The position numbers and the translations under genes are program-made. Shown here piece after piece: positions 1 to 10,139 of a DNA stretch of 64,000 nucleotides; position 1 is the first letter of the stretch; the number at the start of each line of letters is the position of its first letter. The DNA comes from Thermoanaerobaculia bacterium (GTDB taxonomy: Bacteria; Acidobacteriota; Thermoanaerobaculia; Multivoradales; JAHEKO01), in assembly GCA_049664225.1 (NCBI GenBank), contig JBATEX010000075.1, positions 7,414-71,413 of the forward strand, read 5' to 3'. The notes below the pieces were generated by a model. It saw nothing but the letters and a program-made list of their open reading frames with translations. It was not told the origin of the DNA and made no database searches.

Positions 1-577
1 CTCGCATCTCGTCGAGAGCTCGATCGACGTCGCCCGTTTCAAGGTCGATACCGCGGCAACCGTCGAGGATTAGATGGACCGCAAATCCTTCGGCCACGGC
101 ATCCAGAGCCGAGAATTTGACGCAGTAGTCGGTCGCCAGACCAAGCAAGTAGACCTCGGTAGCACGCTGCTCTCGAAGGTAATCGGCCAGACCTGTCGAG
201 CGGCGGTGGCCGTTGTCGTAGAAACAGCTGTAGCTATCGATCTGGGGATCGCTTCCTTTGTAGAAGATGCGATCGATCCGAGAGGTTTCGAGGCCTGACG
301 CGAGTCGCGCTCCTTCCGAGTCCTGAACGCAGTGCGTTGCCCACAGAATCTGGGTCAACCCCGCTAGCTCGATCTGCTCCCCAGGTTGCTTTCCGGGGTG
401 CGACGCCGCAAAGCTGCCGTGATCGGCTGGGTGCCAGTCCTGGGAGGCCACCACGACTTCGAAGAGAGGCTGTACTCGATTCGCGACAGGGATCACCTGA
501 TCACCTTCGGGTACCTCGAGAGCCCCTCCCGGCAGGAAATCGTTCTGCAAGTCGACGAGGATTAGTGCCCAGCTCAT
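1..577 (-). CDS. pncA: nicotinamidase/pyrazinamidase (isochorismatase family); C-terminus runs off the window start
   Basis: Not in the ORF track because there is no stop in the window. My translation of the minus strand from ATG 577 gives MSWALILVDLQNDFLPGGALEVPEGDQVIPV...QDWHPADHGSF...LLGLATDYCVKFSALDA. This shows the nicotinamidase Asp and Cys motifs (VDLQNDF, ATDYCV). There is an ATGA start/stop overlap with pncB. Confidence 0.8.
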   Translation of the reverse strand, partial: MSWALILVDLQNDFLPGGALEVPEGDQVIPVANRVQPLFEVVVASQDWHPADHGSFAASHPGKQPGEQIELAGLTQILWATHCVQDSEGARLASGLETSRIDRIFYKGSDPQIDSYSCFYDNGHRRSTGLADYLREQRATEVYLLGLATDYCVKFSALDAVAEGFAVHLILDGCRGIDLETGDVDRALDEMR

Positions 578-2076
578 GACTCCCAGTGATTGCGCGCTGT
601 GGCCTCTGTCCGCAATTCGAGAATGAGCCTCATCCGGGTGTCGTGGAGTCCACGTTCGAGACCTACGGGGTACTGGTGTGGGTTCAAAAAACGCCGGATT
701 CCGGGGTGAAACGACGACAACTGTTCCAGCGTTCGCGACCGAGCATCTTGGGGCGTCGGCACCGACGCTTCGAGCCGGCCAGCTCGATAGACATGCAGCA
801 GTAGGTCCTCATGTGCAGCCTCAAGGGGCAACTTCTTCCAGCGTGTGCTGTCCATGGGATCGACGATCTCGGCAATGCCGGCCGGCGGGTCCAGCTCGTC
901 GTAGATCATGTCGGCGATGAACTCCCCGTCTCTCTGGAAGCGGCGCACCTGGCTGAAGCCGGGGATATTGACCTTGGCCGCATGCTCCGAAAGCTTGACC
1001 CGCGGCTCCCATTCCCCACCAGGGCGTCGAACCGCCGCCAGCTTGTAGACGGCACCGAGAGCTGGCTGGTCCCAGGCGGTGATCAGCTTGGTGCCGACGC
1101 CCCAGACATTGATTCGGGCTCCCTGGTCCTTGAGACTCGTGATGACGTGCTCGTCGAGTTCGTTGCTGGCGACGATCGCCGCATCTGTAAAACCGGCTTC
1201 GTCCAGGATTTTACGGGCCTCGATACTCAGGTAGGCCAGATCTCCCGAGTCGAGGCGAATGCCGGCCAGCTCACTACCCCGCTCGCGCAGCCACTCGCCG
1301 ATCTCGACCGCATTTCTGACCCCTTGCAGCGTGTCATAGGTGTCGACGAGCAGGATGCAGTTGTTGGGCATGGCCTCGGCATAGGCCTGGAATGCCTCGA
1401 GCTCGGAGTCGAAGATCATCACCCAGCTGTGTGCGTGGGTTCCGCGTGGTGGTATTCCGAAGAGCTTTCCCGCCAGCACATTGGAAGTCGACTCGCAACC
1501 ACCGATGTAGGCAGCGCGGCTGGCTGCCAGGGCGCCGTCGAAGCCTTGTGCGCGTCGCAGCCCGAACTCGATGACCCGATCGCCCTGGGCCGCTTCGCAG
1601 ACCCGTGAGGCCTTGGTGGCAATCAGACTCTGAAAATTGAGGATGTTGACCAGGGCGGTCTCCAGCAACTGGCACTGGATCAGCGGGCCACGGATGCGCA
1701 CCAGTGGCTCGTTTGGGAAGACCACCGTGCCCTCGGGGACGGCGTCGATGTCGCAAGTCAAGTCGACCTGCCGCAGGTAATCGAGAAAGGCCTCCTCGAA
1801 CAGGGGACCACCGTCATTTCCCGTCAGGCCGGACAGGTAGGTGAGGTCTTCGCTGGAAAAGCCGTAGGACTGCACAAAATCGACGAGATAGCCGAGGCCA
1901 CAGGCGATGGTGTAGCCGCCCTCGAACGGGCTGGAACGGAAGTAAAGGTTGAAGGCCGACTCCGTATCGAGCTCCCCCGTCTTCCAGTAACCGTAGGCCA
2001 TGGTGAGCTGGTAGAGGTCGGTAAGAAGACCGACCGACTGTCCGGGAATTCGCAGACTCGACTTAAGGGTACTCAT
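574..2076 (-). CDS. pncB: nicotinate phosphoribosyltransferase
   Basis: ORF 574..2124. I moved the start to ATG 2076, which has GGAGGAC 6 nt upstream. Motifs LLTDLYQLTMAYGYW, GTHAHSWVM, LLVDTYDT and RLDSGDL read as NAPRTase along the whole length. Confidence 0.9.
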   Translation of the reverse strand: MSTLKSSLRIPGQSVGLLTDLYQLTMAYGYWKTGELDTESAFNLYFRSSPFEGGYTIACGLGYLVDFVQSYGFSSEDLTYLSGLTGNDGGPLFEEAFLDYLRQVDLTCDIDAVPEGTVVFPNEPLVRIRGPLIQCQLLETALVNILNFQSLIATKASRVCEAAQGDRVIEFGLRRAQGFDGALAASRAAYIGGCESTSNVLAGKLFGIPPRGTHAHSWVMIFDSELEAFQAYAEAMPNNCILLVDTYDTLQGVRNAVEIGEWLRERGSELAGIRLDSGDLAYLSIEARKILDEAGFTDAAIVASNELDEHVITSLKDQGARINVWGVGTKLITAWDQPALGAVYKLAAVRRPGGEWEPRVKLSEHAAKVNIPGFSQVRRFQRDGEFIADMIYDELDPPAGIAEIVDPMDSTRWKKLPLEAAHEDLLLHVYRAGRLEASVPTPQDARSRTLEQLSSFHPGIRRFLNPHQYPVGLERGLHDTRMRLILELRTEATARNHWES

Positions 2077-2240
2077 GGTAGTCCTCCAGCCTTGTTCGCT
2101 CATTCTACGACCGCTTGGCAACACTTCGCAGAGAATCTGCCAGATTCACCTGCCGGCGTCCGTCTTTTGCTGCATGGACCGAGATCGCAGACGAAACGCT
2201 ATCAATTGACAGCATTGCTGGCAGTCGCTAGCATTTCCTC

Positions 2241-2474
2241 ATGGCCAACCTGAGCGTGCGGAAGATCGACGACAGAGTCTATGAGCAGTTGCGAGTTCGC
2301 GCGGCAAAGCATGGGGTTTCAATGGAGGAAGAGGTGCGCCAGATCCTCAAACGAGCGGTCTCGGCCCCCGAAAGGCTGGGCGATCTGGCCCTGAACGTCT
2401 TTGGACCCGATCATGGCGTCGATCTGGAGATTCCGTCTCGGCCCCCGCATGACCCACTCGATCTGACGCCATGA
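2241..2474 (+). CDS. type II antitoxin, ribbon-helix-helix (FitA/StbC-like)
   Basis: 77 aa. The N-terminus MANLSVRKIDDRVYEQLRVRAAKHGVSMEEEVRQILK is typical of Arc/RHH antitoxins. There is a 4-bp ATGA overlap with the downstream PIN gene. Confidence 0.75.
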   Translation: MANLSVRKIDDRVYEQLRVRAAKHGVSMEEEVRQILKRAVSAPERLGDLALNVFGPDHGVDLEIPSRPPHDPLDLTP

Positions 2475-2890
2475 TTCTCCTCGACACCAACGTCATCTCC
2501 GCCGTCATGGCGCCGGCACCACCGAGACCGGTTCTGGACTGGCTCAATCATCAAGAGACTGTGAGGCTGTACCTGTCGGCGATCACCCTGGCAGAGATCG
2601 GCTATGGCTTGCGTGTACTTCCTGACGGCAGGCGCCGTCGAGATCTCGAGAATCGCTTCACGAAGTTCGTCGCGCACGGATTCGAACAGCGGATCCTGTC
2701 GTTCGACAAAAGGGCAGCCTTTCTCTATGGGGAAATCATGGGGCACCGCAGGGAGCTGGGGCGTCCCCTCGGGATTCTCGATGGGCAGATCGCTTCCATC
2801 GCTCGTGCTCACCGGCTTGCAGTAGCTACCCGTAATACGCGTGACTTCGAAGACTGCGGAATTGAACTGGTCAACCCCTTCGACGCCTAG
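2471..2890 (+). CDS. vapC: PIN-domain toxin (VapC/FitB-like ribonuclease)
   Basis: 139 aa. It shows MILLDTNVISA with an acidic residue at position 5, conserved LAEI, and C-terminal ATRNTRDF. It is translationally coupled to the antitoxin. Confidence 0.85.
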   Translation: MILLDTNVISAVMAPAPPRPVLDWLNHQETVRLYLSAITLAEIGYGLRVLPDGRRRRDLENRFTKFVAHGFEQRILSFDKRAAFLYGEIMGHRRELGRPLGILDGQIASIARAHRLAVATRNTRDFEDCGIELVNPFDA

Positions 2891-3136
2891 CGCCCCGCTG
2901 CAGGAGAGCCAGGACGGCGATGGCAGCCGAGGCGACCACGACGCCAACCACCTCGTCGATCTGATTCTCGTTCGCGATCAGGTGCCCCGCCTCTATCTGC
3001 CCTGCCCTCTGGTGTCGGACTGGCACAGCGCGCAGCGAGATTCCCCGAGCTGTTTCCGTCTCAAGAACTTGAGGTAGATCCGGCCTGTTGCGATTGGGCA
3101 TTTGACGGCCTCGACTCCGGATGCGACACTTTATGC

Positions 3137-3349
3137 ATGAAACGTACAAGTCTTATGCTTGACGAAGATCTCTTGGAGGAGGCTTTGCGGCTCGGTGAGC
3201 AGCGGACCTACTCGAAGACCGTGAATCTCGCTCTGGAAGAGTTCGTTCGTCGAGTCAAGGCGCGCAAGATCCTGCTTCTGGGCCATTCGGGCCTGTGGCA
3301 CGGTGATCTCGGAGAGATGCGTCGAGATTCGAAGGTCGCCAAGTCGTGA
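3137..3349 (+). CDS. vapB: type II antitoxin, VapB family (DUF2191-like)
   Basis: 70 aa. MKRTSLMLDEDLLEEALRLGEQRTYSKTVNLALEEFVRR matches the VapB/Rv0623-type pattern. There is a GTGA overlap with the next PIN gene. Confidence 0.7.
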   Translation: MKRTSLMLDEDLLEEALRLGEQRTYSKTVNLALEEFVRRVKARKILLLGHSGLWHGDLGEMRRDSKVAKS

Positions 3350-3735
3350 TTCTCGTCGACTCCTCCGTTTGGGTCGAGTTTTTTCGGAGAGACAGTGACC
3401 TCGACCTGGAGTCCCATCTGGACCTCGAGGAGGTCGTCACCTGTCTGCCGGTGATTCAGGAAGTACTGCAGGGGTTCGATGACCAGCGGACCTGCCAGCT
3501 AGCCCACGAGGCGATATTTGCCTTCCCAATCGTAGAATCTCCCATTTCCCAGGAGGTCTACCTGCTCGCCGTCGATCTCTACCGGTCGGCTCGACGAGCG
3601 GGGCTGACTGTCCGTTCCAGCGTCGACTGTCTGATCGGCGCCTGTGCGCTCGAGAACTCCTTGACCGTGGTCCATCACGACCGCGATTTCGAGGTCCTTG
3701 CGAAGGTCTCTCCTCTCGAGGTTCGTCGGATCTGA
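3346..3735 (+). CDS. vapC: PIN-domain toxin VapC
   Basis: 129 aa. It shows MILVDSSVWVEFF (Asp5), IQEVLQG, and C-terminal VVHHDRDFE. Confidence 0.85.
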   Translation: MILVDSSVWVEFFRRDSDLDLESHLDLEEVVTCLPVIQEVLQGFDDQRTCQLAHEAIFAFPIVESPISQEVYLLAVDLYRSARRAGLTVRSSVDCLIGACALENSLTVVHHDRDFEVLAKVSPLEVRRI

Positions 3736-3851
3736 TCTGTCGGACATCGATTTGGGATAGGCTCCGACGGTCGACCCATCGATAAAGAATTGCATGCCAA
3801 TTGTCCGTATAGAATCCCGGATGGTTTCGAAACTTGCCGAAGGAGGTTATC

Positions 3852-5087
3852 GTGACTTCGCTTTCTACCCGCCGGCCCGTGAACCTCAGCCTCATCACAA
3901 GCCGCCGACAATGGACGCCTTGGATGGCCGCAGTTCTCCTGGCCGCCCTTTCCCAGGGCTGTGTCTCGGTACCCAAACGCACATCCGTCCCGGACAACAT
4001 CTACGAAGAGGCCGTCATCCCTGGCATCACCAGAGCCCGGTTCTGGGGCGATACCAGGCCTGCCTACACCGATGCCTGGCTGGCCAAGAGCAAAGAGGAG
4101 CTGAAGGCCGAGTATCCCGAACTGTTCGGCAAGGAGCACATCTACTTGGCCATCTCCGGCGGTGGCGCCAATGGCGCCTTTGCGGCTGGCCTTCTCGCTG
4201 GTTCGACGGCTTCGGGACGACGGCCCGAGTTCAGCATCGTCACGGGGGTCAGTACCGGCGCCCTGATCGCGCCGTTCGCCATGCTCGGACCGGAGTATGA
4301 CTCTCTTCTCAAAGAGTTCTATACCACTTACGATACCAAGGACTTGTTGCACAAGCGCAACATCGTCAATTCCCTGACCAGCGACGCGATGTACAGCACA
4401 AAGGGGCTGGAGACCCAGATTGCGAAATACGTGACCGAAGAAGTCCTGCAGCAGCTGGCTGACAAGCATCGCCAGGGCCGGCAGGTATTCATCGGAACCA
4501 CGGATATCGACGCCGGCCGGCCGATGATCTGGAATATCACCCGGATCGCGGCGAGCGGCGAGCCTGGCGCCCTGAATCTCATCCGCCAGATCATGCTGGC
4601 ATCCGCCTCGATTCCTGCAGCCTTTCCGCCCGTGGCGATCGACGTCGAGGCACAGGGTCGGCGCTACCAGGAGCTCCACGTCGACGGAGGCACCTCTTCG
4701 CAGGTGTTCCTATATCCAGCCGGAATCCCCTGGGATGAGTTAGTCGGGAAACTCGAAGTGCTTGGAGCCCCCCGGGCCTACGTCATCCGAAACTCGCGGC
4801 TCGACCCAGAAGCCGCATCTGTCAACCGGAAGCTTCTGCCGATCGCCCAGCGAACGATCTCGTCTTTGATCCGGACGCAGGGGATCGGTGATCTGTACCG
4901 GATCTTCGCCTTGGCCGAGCGGGACGGCTTGGAGTTCAACCTGGCCTACATCCCAAAGGAATTCGACGCGATCCCAACCGAGATGTTCGACCCGGTATAC
5001 ATGAAGAAGCTCTACGAGCTGGCCTACGAACTGGGCAAATCCGGTTTCCAGTGGTACAAGGCGCCGCCCGGATTCGAGAGCGATTGA
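3852..5087 (+). CDS. patatin-like phospholipase, predicted lipoprotein
   Basis: ORF 3834..5087. The start is more likely GTG 3852, with AGGAGG 5 nt upstream. It has a lipobox LSQGC, an oxyanion GGGANGAF motif, the nucleophile GVSTG and the catalytic HVDGG. Confidence 0.85.
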   Translation: MTSLSTRRPVNLSLITSRRQWTPWMAAVLLAALSQGCVSVPKRTSVPDNIYEEAVIPGITRARFWGDTRPAYTDAWLAKSKEELKAEYPELFGKEHIYLAISGGGANGAFAAGLLAGSTASGRRPEFSIVTGVSTGALIAPFAMLGPEYDSLLKEFYTTYDTKDLLHKRNIVNSLTSDAMYSTKGLETQIAKYVTEEVLQQLADKHRQGRQVFIGTTDIDAGRPMIWNITRIAASGEPGALNLIRQIMLASASIPAAFPPVAIDVEAQGRRYQELHVDGGTSSQVFLYPAGIPWDELVGKLEVLGAPRAYVIRNSRLDPEAASVNRKLLPIAQRTISSLIRTQGIGDLYRIFALAERDGLEFNLAYIPKEFDAIPTEMFDPVYMKKLYELAYELGKSGFQWYKAPPGFESD

Positions 5088-5284
5088 GCCTGGCTCGCAG
5101 GACTCATCCCGAGCAGAGCCCCCAAGGGGTCTGATTCTCGACTCCCCGACCTCTCGCCGCACAATCGCTCGTGGCATTGCCTGCCAGCAAGTTGGCGCGT
5201 GTGACCACTGCGCGCAGCAGCCCCTGCTCGTAACCTCCAATGAGATTTGCGAGATTCTCAACAGAGCGGTAGGAGAGGCACGAC

Positions 5285-5623
5285 ATGAGAACGGTTCCAC
5301 CGAGAGAGTTCGGCAGCCAGACCGCTAGAGGTTGCGAGCCGGGAACGGCCTACGCGTACGATGAGTACACCCATGCGCGGTTCAGGTGCGCCTGTGGCGC
5401 GATTCATCGACTCGGCGAGGATGCCTTTCCCGTACGGGACACACCCCGCAGGTCGGGTATCTACTTCGTCGCTGCTTGTGATCAGGGCGGTATCACCCTG
5501 CTCAAGGCCCGCGGCGTCCTGCGCTTCAAGCGCCTGGAACCTCAGCTCTGGACGTTGATCGAGACCGAGTCGGACAACCGCGAGCTGGTTCTTGGAACGC
5601 TGACCTCCCGCGGCGTCTGCTAG
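5285..5623 (+). CDS. hypothetical protein
   Basis: 112-aa ORF preceded by AGGAGAGG 6 nt upstream of the ATG. I recognise no domain. Confidence 0.45.
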   Translation: MRTVPPREFGSQTARGCEPGTAYAYDEYTHARFRCACGAIHRLGEDAFPVRDTPRRSGIYFVAACDQGGITLLKARGVLRFKRLEPQLWTLIETESDNRELVLGTLTSRGVC

Positions 5624-5668
5624 CCCCGCTCAACTGGATGACCCAAAGGTAGTCGAAGACACTGCCGG

Positions 5669-7324
5669 TCAGTATTGCTGCAGATTCCCAGCTTCACGCC
5701 TGAGCAGCATGAAGGCGCCCTCCTGCGCGATAGCCGTCCATTCTCTCTGCTCGAGTCGCTTTAGTTCCCTCTCCCGAGTCACCAGATAGGTCGCCGTCCG
5801 TCCATCGTCCCGGATGCGAAGCTCTTCGATCGAAGGGTGAAGGCGGGCTTCGATCTCCGGTGTCGGAGCCAAAACTACGTCCGACTTGTCCAATGTGGCA
5901 TCGGTCAAACGACCCAGATAGAACTTCAAGCCGTGGGCTCTGGTATGGGCGACGATGATCTGCGCCTTCTCCCAGTCGGGCTCCTCGCGCAGCCGATCCG
6001 CAACTGGGCGCATCGAAGCCTGCATCCGCATGACAGGCCCCAGGTGCACGAGCTGCGAAGCTAAGGTCATCCAAAGCACGAGAGCAGCCAGCGTTACGGC
6101 AGCGAGTCGAGACTCGGTTACCCCCCGGCTCAAGGACCAACCGGCACCGACAACGGAGACAGCGGCCAGGCATAGCAGGGGCAAGAACCAGTCATCGAGC
6201 TCTACCGTGGCCGGGAGAAAACTGCTCCGGGCCACAAGCACCCCGATAGTCAGGGCGAGTACAACCAAGACGAGTGCCTGAATGCTGACGCAGATCGATA
6301 GAGCTCGACTCTTGCTCTGAGGCAACAGACCGTTGGCCAGCCAGAGAGCTATGCCGGGGAACAAAGGCAGGACGTAGGTCATCAGCTTCGAGCCGCTGAG
6401 CGAAAGCAGCACGAGGGGGACCACCAGCCAGCCGACCAGAGCCCAGTCGATGGCCCGGTCACGGACACCTCGCCGCCGTTTCTCCCGCCTACCCGAGATA
6501 GCCAGGGGAATCAGAGGGGTCCACGGTAGCCAGCCCACCAGCAGGACCGGAATGAAATACCAGATCGGCTGACTGCGACCATGAGTCTTCGAGAGGACTC
6601 GGTTCAGAAATTCGAATTCGAAGAAGTAGCGACCCAGCTCCGGGTGGCGCAGACTCGCAGCGATGAACCAGCCGAGAGCGAGAACCAGGGTCAAGGTCAG
6701 GCCGGCGATCCAAGGGATGCTGACTCTTGTTCTATCGCTCGTTCGGCTACCCCACTGCCAACCGAGGCCAGTAAACAGCGGCACCAGAATTCCCATGGGC
6801 CCCTTGGTGGCGAAAGCGATTCCCATGCAGGCGAAGTAGGGCAGAAATCGAGCCCTGGTTTCGACCTCCGATCGGCTGGCCCAGACGAACCCGGCAATGG
6901 CGGCCGTCGACCAGAACGTCATCATCATGTCTGGTGTCAGCGACCGGCCCAGCATGAAGAACTGCCAGGACCCCGCCAGGATCCAGGCTGCCGCGAGCCC
7001 GGTTGTGCCGTCGAACCACCACCTACCGATCCAGAAGGTCAGGACCAGCACTCCTAGAGCTGCCAGCAACGAGACCATACGTGCTGCGACCTCGTTTTCG
7101 CCCAGGACAAATAGGCTGGCGGCGGTGCTCCAGTAGATCACCGGTGGCTTCTGAAAATGCGGAATGCCGTTGAGGGTGGGGATCAGCAGATCCCCAGACT
7201 CCTTCATCTCTCGGGCTATCTCTGCATAGCGACCCTCGTCAGACTCATGCAGTCCATGCCGGCCCAGGAAGAGCAGATAGAGCGCAGCAACCGTCAGAGC
7301 CAGTGCAAGGACTCGGCGGCTCAC
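5669..7324 (-). CDS. GT-C glycosyltransferase, family 39 (ArnT/PMT-like)
   Basis: 551 aa and polytopic. The N-terminal ESDEGRYAEIAREMKESGDLLIPTLNGIPHFQKPPVIYW is the ArnT/PMT signature loop. Its GTG start overlaps the stop of the upstream GT2 gene (GTGA). Confidence 0.8.
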   Translation of the reverse strand: MSRRVLALALTVAALYLLFLGRHGLHESDEGRYAEIAREMKESGDLLIPTLNGIPHFQKPPVIYWSTAASLFVLGENEVAARMVSLLAALGVLVLTFWIGRWWFDGTTGLAAAWILAGSWQFFMLGRSLTPDMMMTFWSTAAIAGFVWASRSEVETRARFLPYFACMGIAFATKGPMGILVPLFTGLGWQWGSRTSDRTRVSIPWIAGLTLTLVLALGWFIAASLRHPELGRYFFEFEFLNRVLSKTHGRSQPIWYFIPVLLVGWLPWTPLIPLAISGRREKRRRGVRDRAIDWALVGWLVVPLVLLSLSGSKLMTYVLPLFPGIALWLANGLLPQSKSRALSICVSIQALVLVVLALTIGVLVARSSFLPATVELDDWFLPLLCLAAVSVVGAGWSLSRGVTESRLAAVTLAALVLWMTLASQLVHLGPVMRMQASMRPVADRLREEPDWEKAQIIVAHTRAHGLKFYLGRLTDATLDKSDVVLAPTPEIEARLHPSIEELRIRDDGRTATYLVTRERELKRLEQREWTAIAQEGAFMLLRREAGNLQQY

Positions 7325-8088
7325 CCGGTGGCATCCCTCGCAGCTGCGGCTCGGCAGTCGTCATGCGTCAAGGTACAGCGCCGCCGGTACCAGGCGAGAC
7401 CCATCAGGTCCACTAGGGGGCGCCAGAGAAACACCAGCAAACCGTAGCTCGTCTTACCACCCTGGCGAGCCCGGTGTCGGACCGGCGTCTCGACGATGCG
7501 GAATCCTGCCGCCGCCGCCATCGCTGGGATGAAGGAGTAGAGCGTCTTCAAGGGGATCAGGGAAAAGACAACCTCCCGACGCATGACCTTCAACGCACAA
7601 CCCGCATCGCTGACACCATCCCGCAACAACCATCCGCGCACTCTGTTGGCCATCCGTGACATGGATCGTCGCAACCAGGAATCCTTGCGCTCGGCCCGGA
7701 TGCCACACACCAGATCGCTCGACTCCAGGAGATCGAGCAATACCGGAATGTCACCAGGGTGATTCTGACCATCACCGTCGAGGGTAATAGCGACTTCGCC
7801 GGCCGCCTCCTGGAGCCCGCGATAGAGCGCTGCTCCTTGTCCCCGATTCTCAGGGAACTGAATCATCCGAACTGGCGACCCAGGGAGGTCTGCCAAGGAT
7901 CGGATTGTCTCAGGGGTACCATCACTGCTTCCATCATCGATGCAGAGACACTCATACGGGCGCCCCAGTGCGTCCATGACATCGAGTACCTCCTTCAACA
8001 GATCAGGAATGGCCGCCTCTTCGTTATAGAAGGGTATGACCACCGAGAAGAATGGGGCTCTGTCGATCGCTGTTGGCGAGGAGGTCAT
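7321..8088 (-). CDS. GT2 polyprenyl-phosphate glycosyltransferase (ArnC/DPM1-like)
   Basis: 255 aa. Motifs are FSVVIPFYNEE, IDDGSSDGT and LDGDGQNHPGDIP, with a C-terminal TM. There is an ATGA overlap with the upstream gene. Confidence 0.85.
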   Translation of the reverse strand: MTSSPTAIDRAPFFSVVIPFYNEEAAIPDLLKEVLDVMDALGRPYECLCIDDGSSDGTPETIRSLADLPGSPVRMIQFPENRGQGAALYRGLQEAAGEVAITLDGDGQNHPGDIPVLLDLLESSDLVCGIRAERKDSWLRRSMSRMANRVRGWLLRDGVSDAGCALKVMRREVVFSLIPLKTLYSFIPAMAAAAGFRIVETPVRHRARQGGKTSYGLLVFLWRPLVDLMGLAWYRRRCTLTHDDCRAAAARDATG

Positions 8089-9974
8089 CTCGAGACCGCG
8101 GGAGGAATCGTGAAACCGGATTCCTCGAGTCGACGAACGATGTATTCCCGAGCTGCGGAGTCCGGTGGGGGAACCAGGGCCTTATCCCCGATCGCTGAGT
8201 GCCAGCTCACAGTGCCCGATTGGATGACCCCCGTGACCAAATCGAGCTTCTTCCAGTAGGGACCAAGGACGAGTCCGACCTCCCGGACGCCGAAGATCGG
8301 TGGTCCGGGGTGGTCAATCCTTGACAACCCCCCTCCTGAGATGCTGATCCCCGTGTAAGAAAAGGAAGCAAGGCTGAGGATTGGGAGGTTCCCCCCAACG
8401 GTCAGGGCTTTCTCCAGTGAGTCTCTGGAGGACCTCTGCGAGAAGAGTGACTGTTGCGTCATCCAGTTCGGTCTCTCAACGCCCATGTACTCCAGTATCG
8501 TAGCCGGCACCTGGGCCAGGGACACATTGCGTTCGATCCTCTTCCACGGACGCTCCTCGGGCAGGTAGACGATTAGAGGAACCCGGTAAACACTGTCCCA
8601 CGCCCGGGAATGATCCGAGGCAATGATCAGAATCGAGTCTTCCAACTCACCTAACGCCTCGAGTTGCTCGACGAAGGTCTGAATCTGTTCGTCTGCATCG
8701 CGGATCGAATCCAAATAGCGGGCGAGGCCCTCTCGAGACTTTGGGTCGGGCTCAGGCATCGCATTCGGGTCGAACCAACTGCGAGCTCCCGCCCAGCTGC
8801 AGCAGTGAGTGCCCATGAGATGAATCTGCATGAAGTAGGGACCTTCTTGTGCACGGGCAAAGTCCAGCGCGTCTTCCAGCCTCTTGGTGTCGACAACCCG
8901 GCTCAGACCCACACTTTCTTTGACCAGCAGATAGTGGTTGATGATGGGTTTGATACCGCAGATGTGCAGAAGCCTCTCCAGCAGTCGATTGACCATACGG
9001 GTCGAGAATTGGATTTCAGCACTGAAAAGGTAAGCCAACCGACCCACGAGAGAGCCCGGAGTGGGAGTGAACAACCGTCGCTCATTCGCGATATCGAACG
9101 AGCTGATCATGTTCAGATCGCCGGCATCCGCGTAGTAGCGAATGGAGCTCTGGAATCCTCGATATCCCAGTCGTTGAAGAATCGAGGGCAGGTGCAGTGC
9201 CGCATGCTTCTTGGGAAAGATCTGAGGCGGAAAGCCCACCTGCAGCTCTGAAGGAAGGGAGCCGCTCAACATGGATGACAGAGTGCCGGTGGTCTTTCCG
9301 GAAGTGGGAAACGCATTGTCGAACACTACGGCCCCAGTGGCAAAGCTCTCCAGGAACGGAGTTGTCGGTAAGGGAAACCCATACACCGACATGAGCCTTG
9401 CTTCGACTCCGTCCGTAGACAGCAGAATGATATTGGGACGCCGAATACCTTCTCCAACAGCGTTCACTTCTGGCTCCGCCCGGGAAAAGTCGGTTGTGAC
9501 GACCTCGGCACCCAAAGCGACCAGAGCGCCGATCAACACCATCGCTGGTAGGAGCCGCAGCGGATGGCCCTGTCTCAAACCGTCCCACCGCGATACGGCA
9601 GACCTGACCCACCTCAGGCAGCGGAAGAAGAAGAAAGCAAACAGCGCCAGGTACAGGAACCTGACGATCTTGCCCGACGTGATTACTCCCACACCCAGGA
9701 CCGTGTACAGAAAGTTGTCGGCTAGCAGAAACAGGCTCGACGCGAGAAAAAAGGCTGGCACAAAGCAGCGCACCTGGAGTTTGGGAACGCGGACATCTAC
9801 CACTCCAAGGAGCAGGATCAGGGGTACCACTGCAACGCTGAGTGCGACAGGTGGAATCACGAGAGTACCCACCATCTCGACTGCAGAGAAGGAAGCCATA
9901 AAGGAGGCCTTCGTGGCAAAGAACAACCACTCCAACCCCAGGTAGAAGACGGAAATGAGAAGCTGAACAGCCAT
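8085..9974 (-). CDS. membrane-anchored sulfatase-family (alkaline-phosphatase superfamily) transferase
   Basis: ORF 8085..10262 would overlap the asnB start, so I chose internal ATG 9974 (MAVQLLISVFYLGLEW). It has about 5 N-terminal TMs. These are followed by NIILLSTDGVEARLMSVYGF...TSGKTTGTLSSMLSG and IIASDHS, a pattern like LTA-synthase or phosphoethanolamine/phosphoglycerol transferases. Confidence 0.65.
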   Translation of the reverse strand: MAVQLLISVFYLGLEWLFFATKASFMASFSAVEMVGTLVIPPVALSVAVVPLILLLGVVDVRVPKLQVRCFVPAFFLASSLFLLADNFLYTVLGVGVITSGKIVRFLYLALFAFFFFRCLRWVRSAVSRWDGLRQGHPLRLLPAMVLIGALVALGAEVVTTDFSRAEPEVNAVGEGIRRPNIILLSTDGVEARLMSVYGFPLPTTPFLESFATGAVVFDNAFPTSGKTTGTLSSMLSGSLPSELQVGFPPQIFPKKHAALHLPSILQRLGYRGFQSSIRYYADAGDLNMISSFDIANERRLFTPTPGSLVGRLAYLFSAEIQFSTRMVNRLLERLLHICGIKPIINHYLLVKESVGLSRVVDTKRLEDALDFARAQEGPYFMQIHLMGTHCCSWAGARSWFDPNAMPEPDPKSREGLARYLDSIRDADEQIQTFVEQLEALGELEDSILIIASDHSRAWDSVYRVPLIVYLPEERPWKRIERNVSLAQVPATILEYMGVERPNWMTQQSLFSQRSSRDSLEKALTVGGNLPILSLASFSYTGISISGGGLSRIDHPGPPIFGVREVGLVLGPYWKKLDLVTGVIQSGTVSWHSAIGDKALVPPPDSAAREYIVRRLEESGFTIPPAVSR

Positions 9975-10139
9975 GACGGCCTGCAAAGAGGCTGTTCCGG
10001 CGTCGAGTCGCCCTGATGCAGACCGTTCTTCAGGCAAATCCATTGGTGATCTTCGACAGCAGCCCAGAACTCCTTGCTGCGGCCTCCGACACCGCAGGCA
10101 AGCTTTGAGACCTGATCCCAACTCTACTAGAGTGGCTTG

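Noticed and set aside
811-1608. 265-aa plus-strand ORF inside pncB
   Set aside because: It is antisense to a gene with full-length recognisable homology. Its Arg/Gly/Asp/Leu-rich composition is typical of GC-rich shadow frames, and it has no motif or RBS.
3675-4679. 334-aa minus-strand ORF overlapping the PIN and patatin genes
   Set aside because: It is a shadow ORF antisense to well-supported genes. It is Arg/Gly/Pro-rich with no recognisable domain.
2241-5087. TA pairs plus patatin-like phospholipase as a CBASS-like or other anti-phage defence island
   Set aside because: There is no cyclase, sensor or other defence partner. The patatin protein carries a lipoprotein signal, so it is exported and not a cytoplasmic effector.
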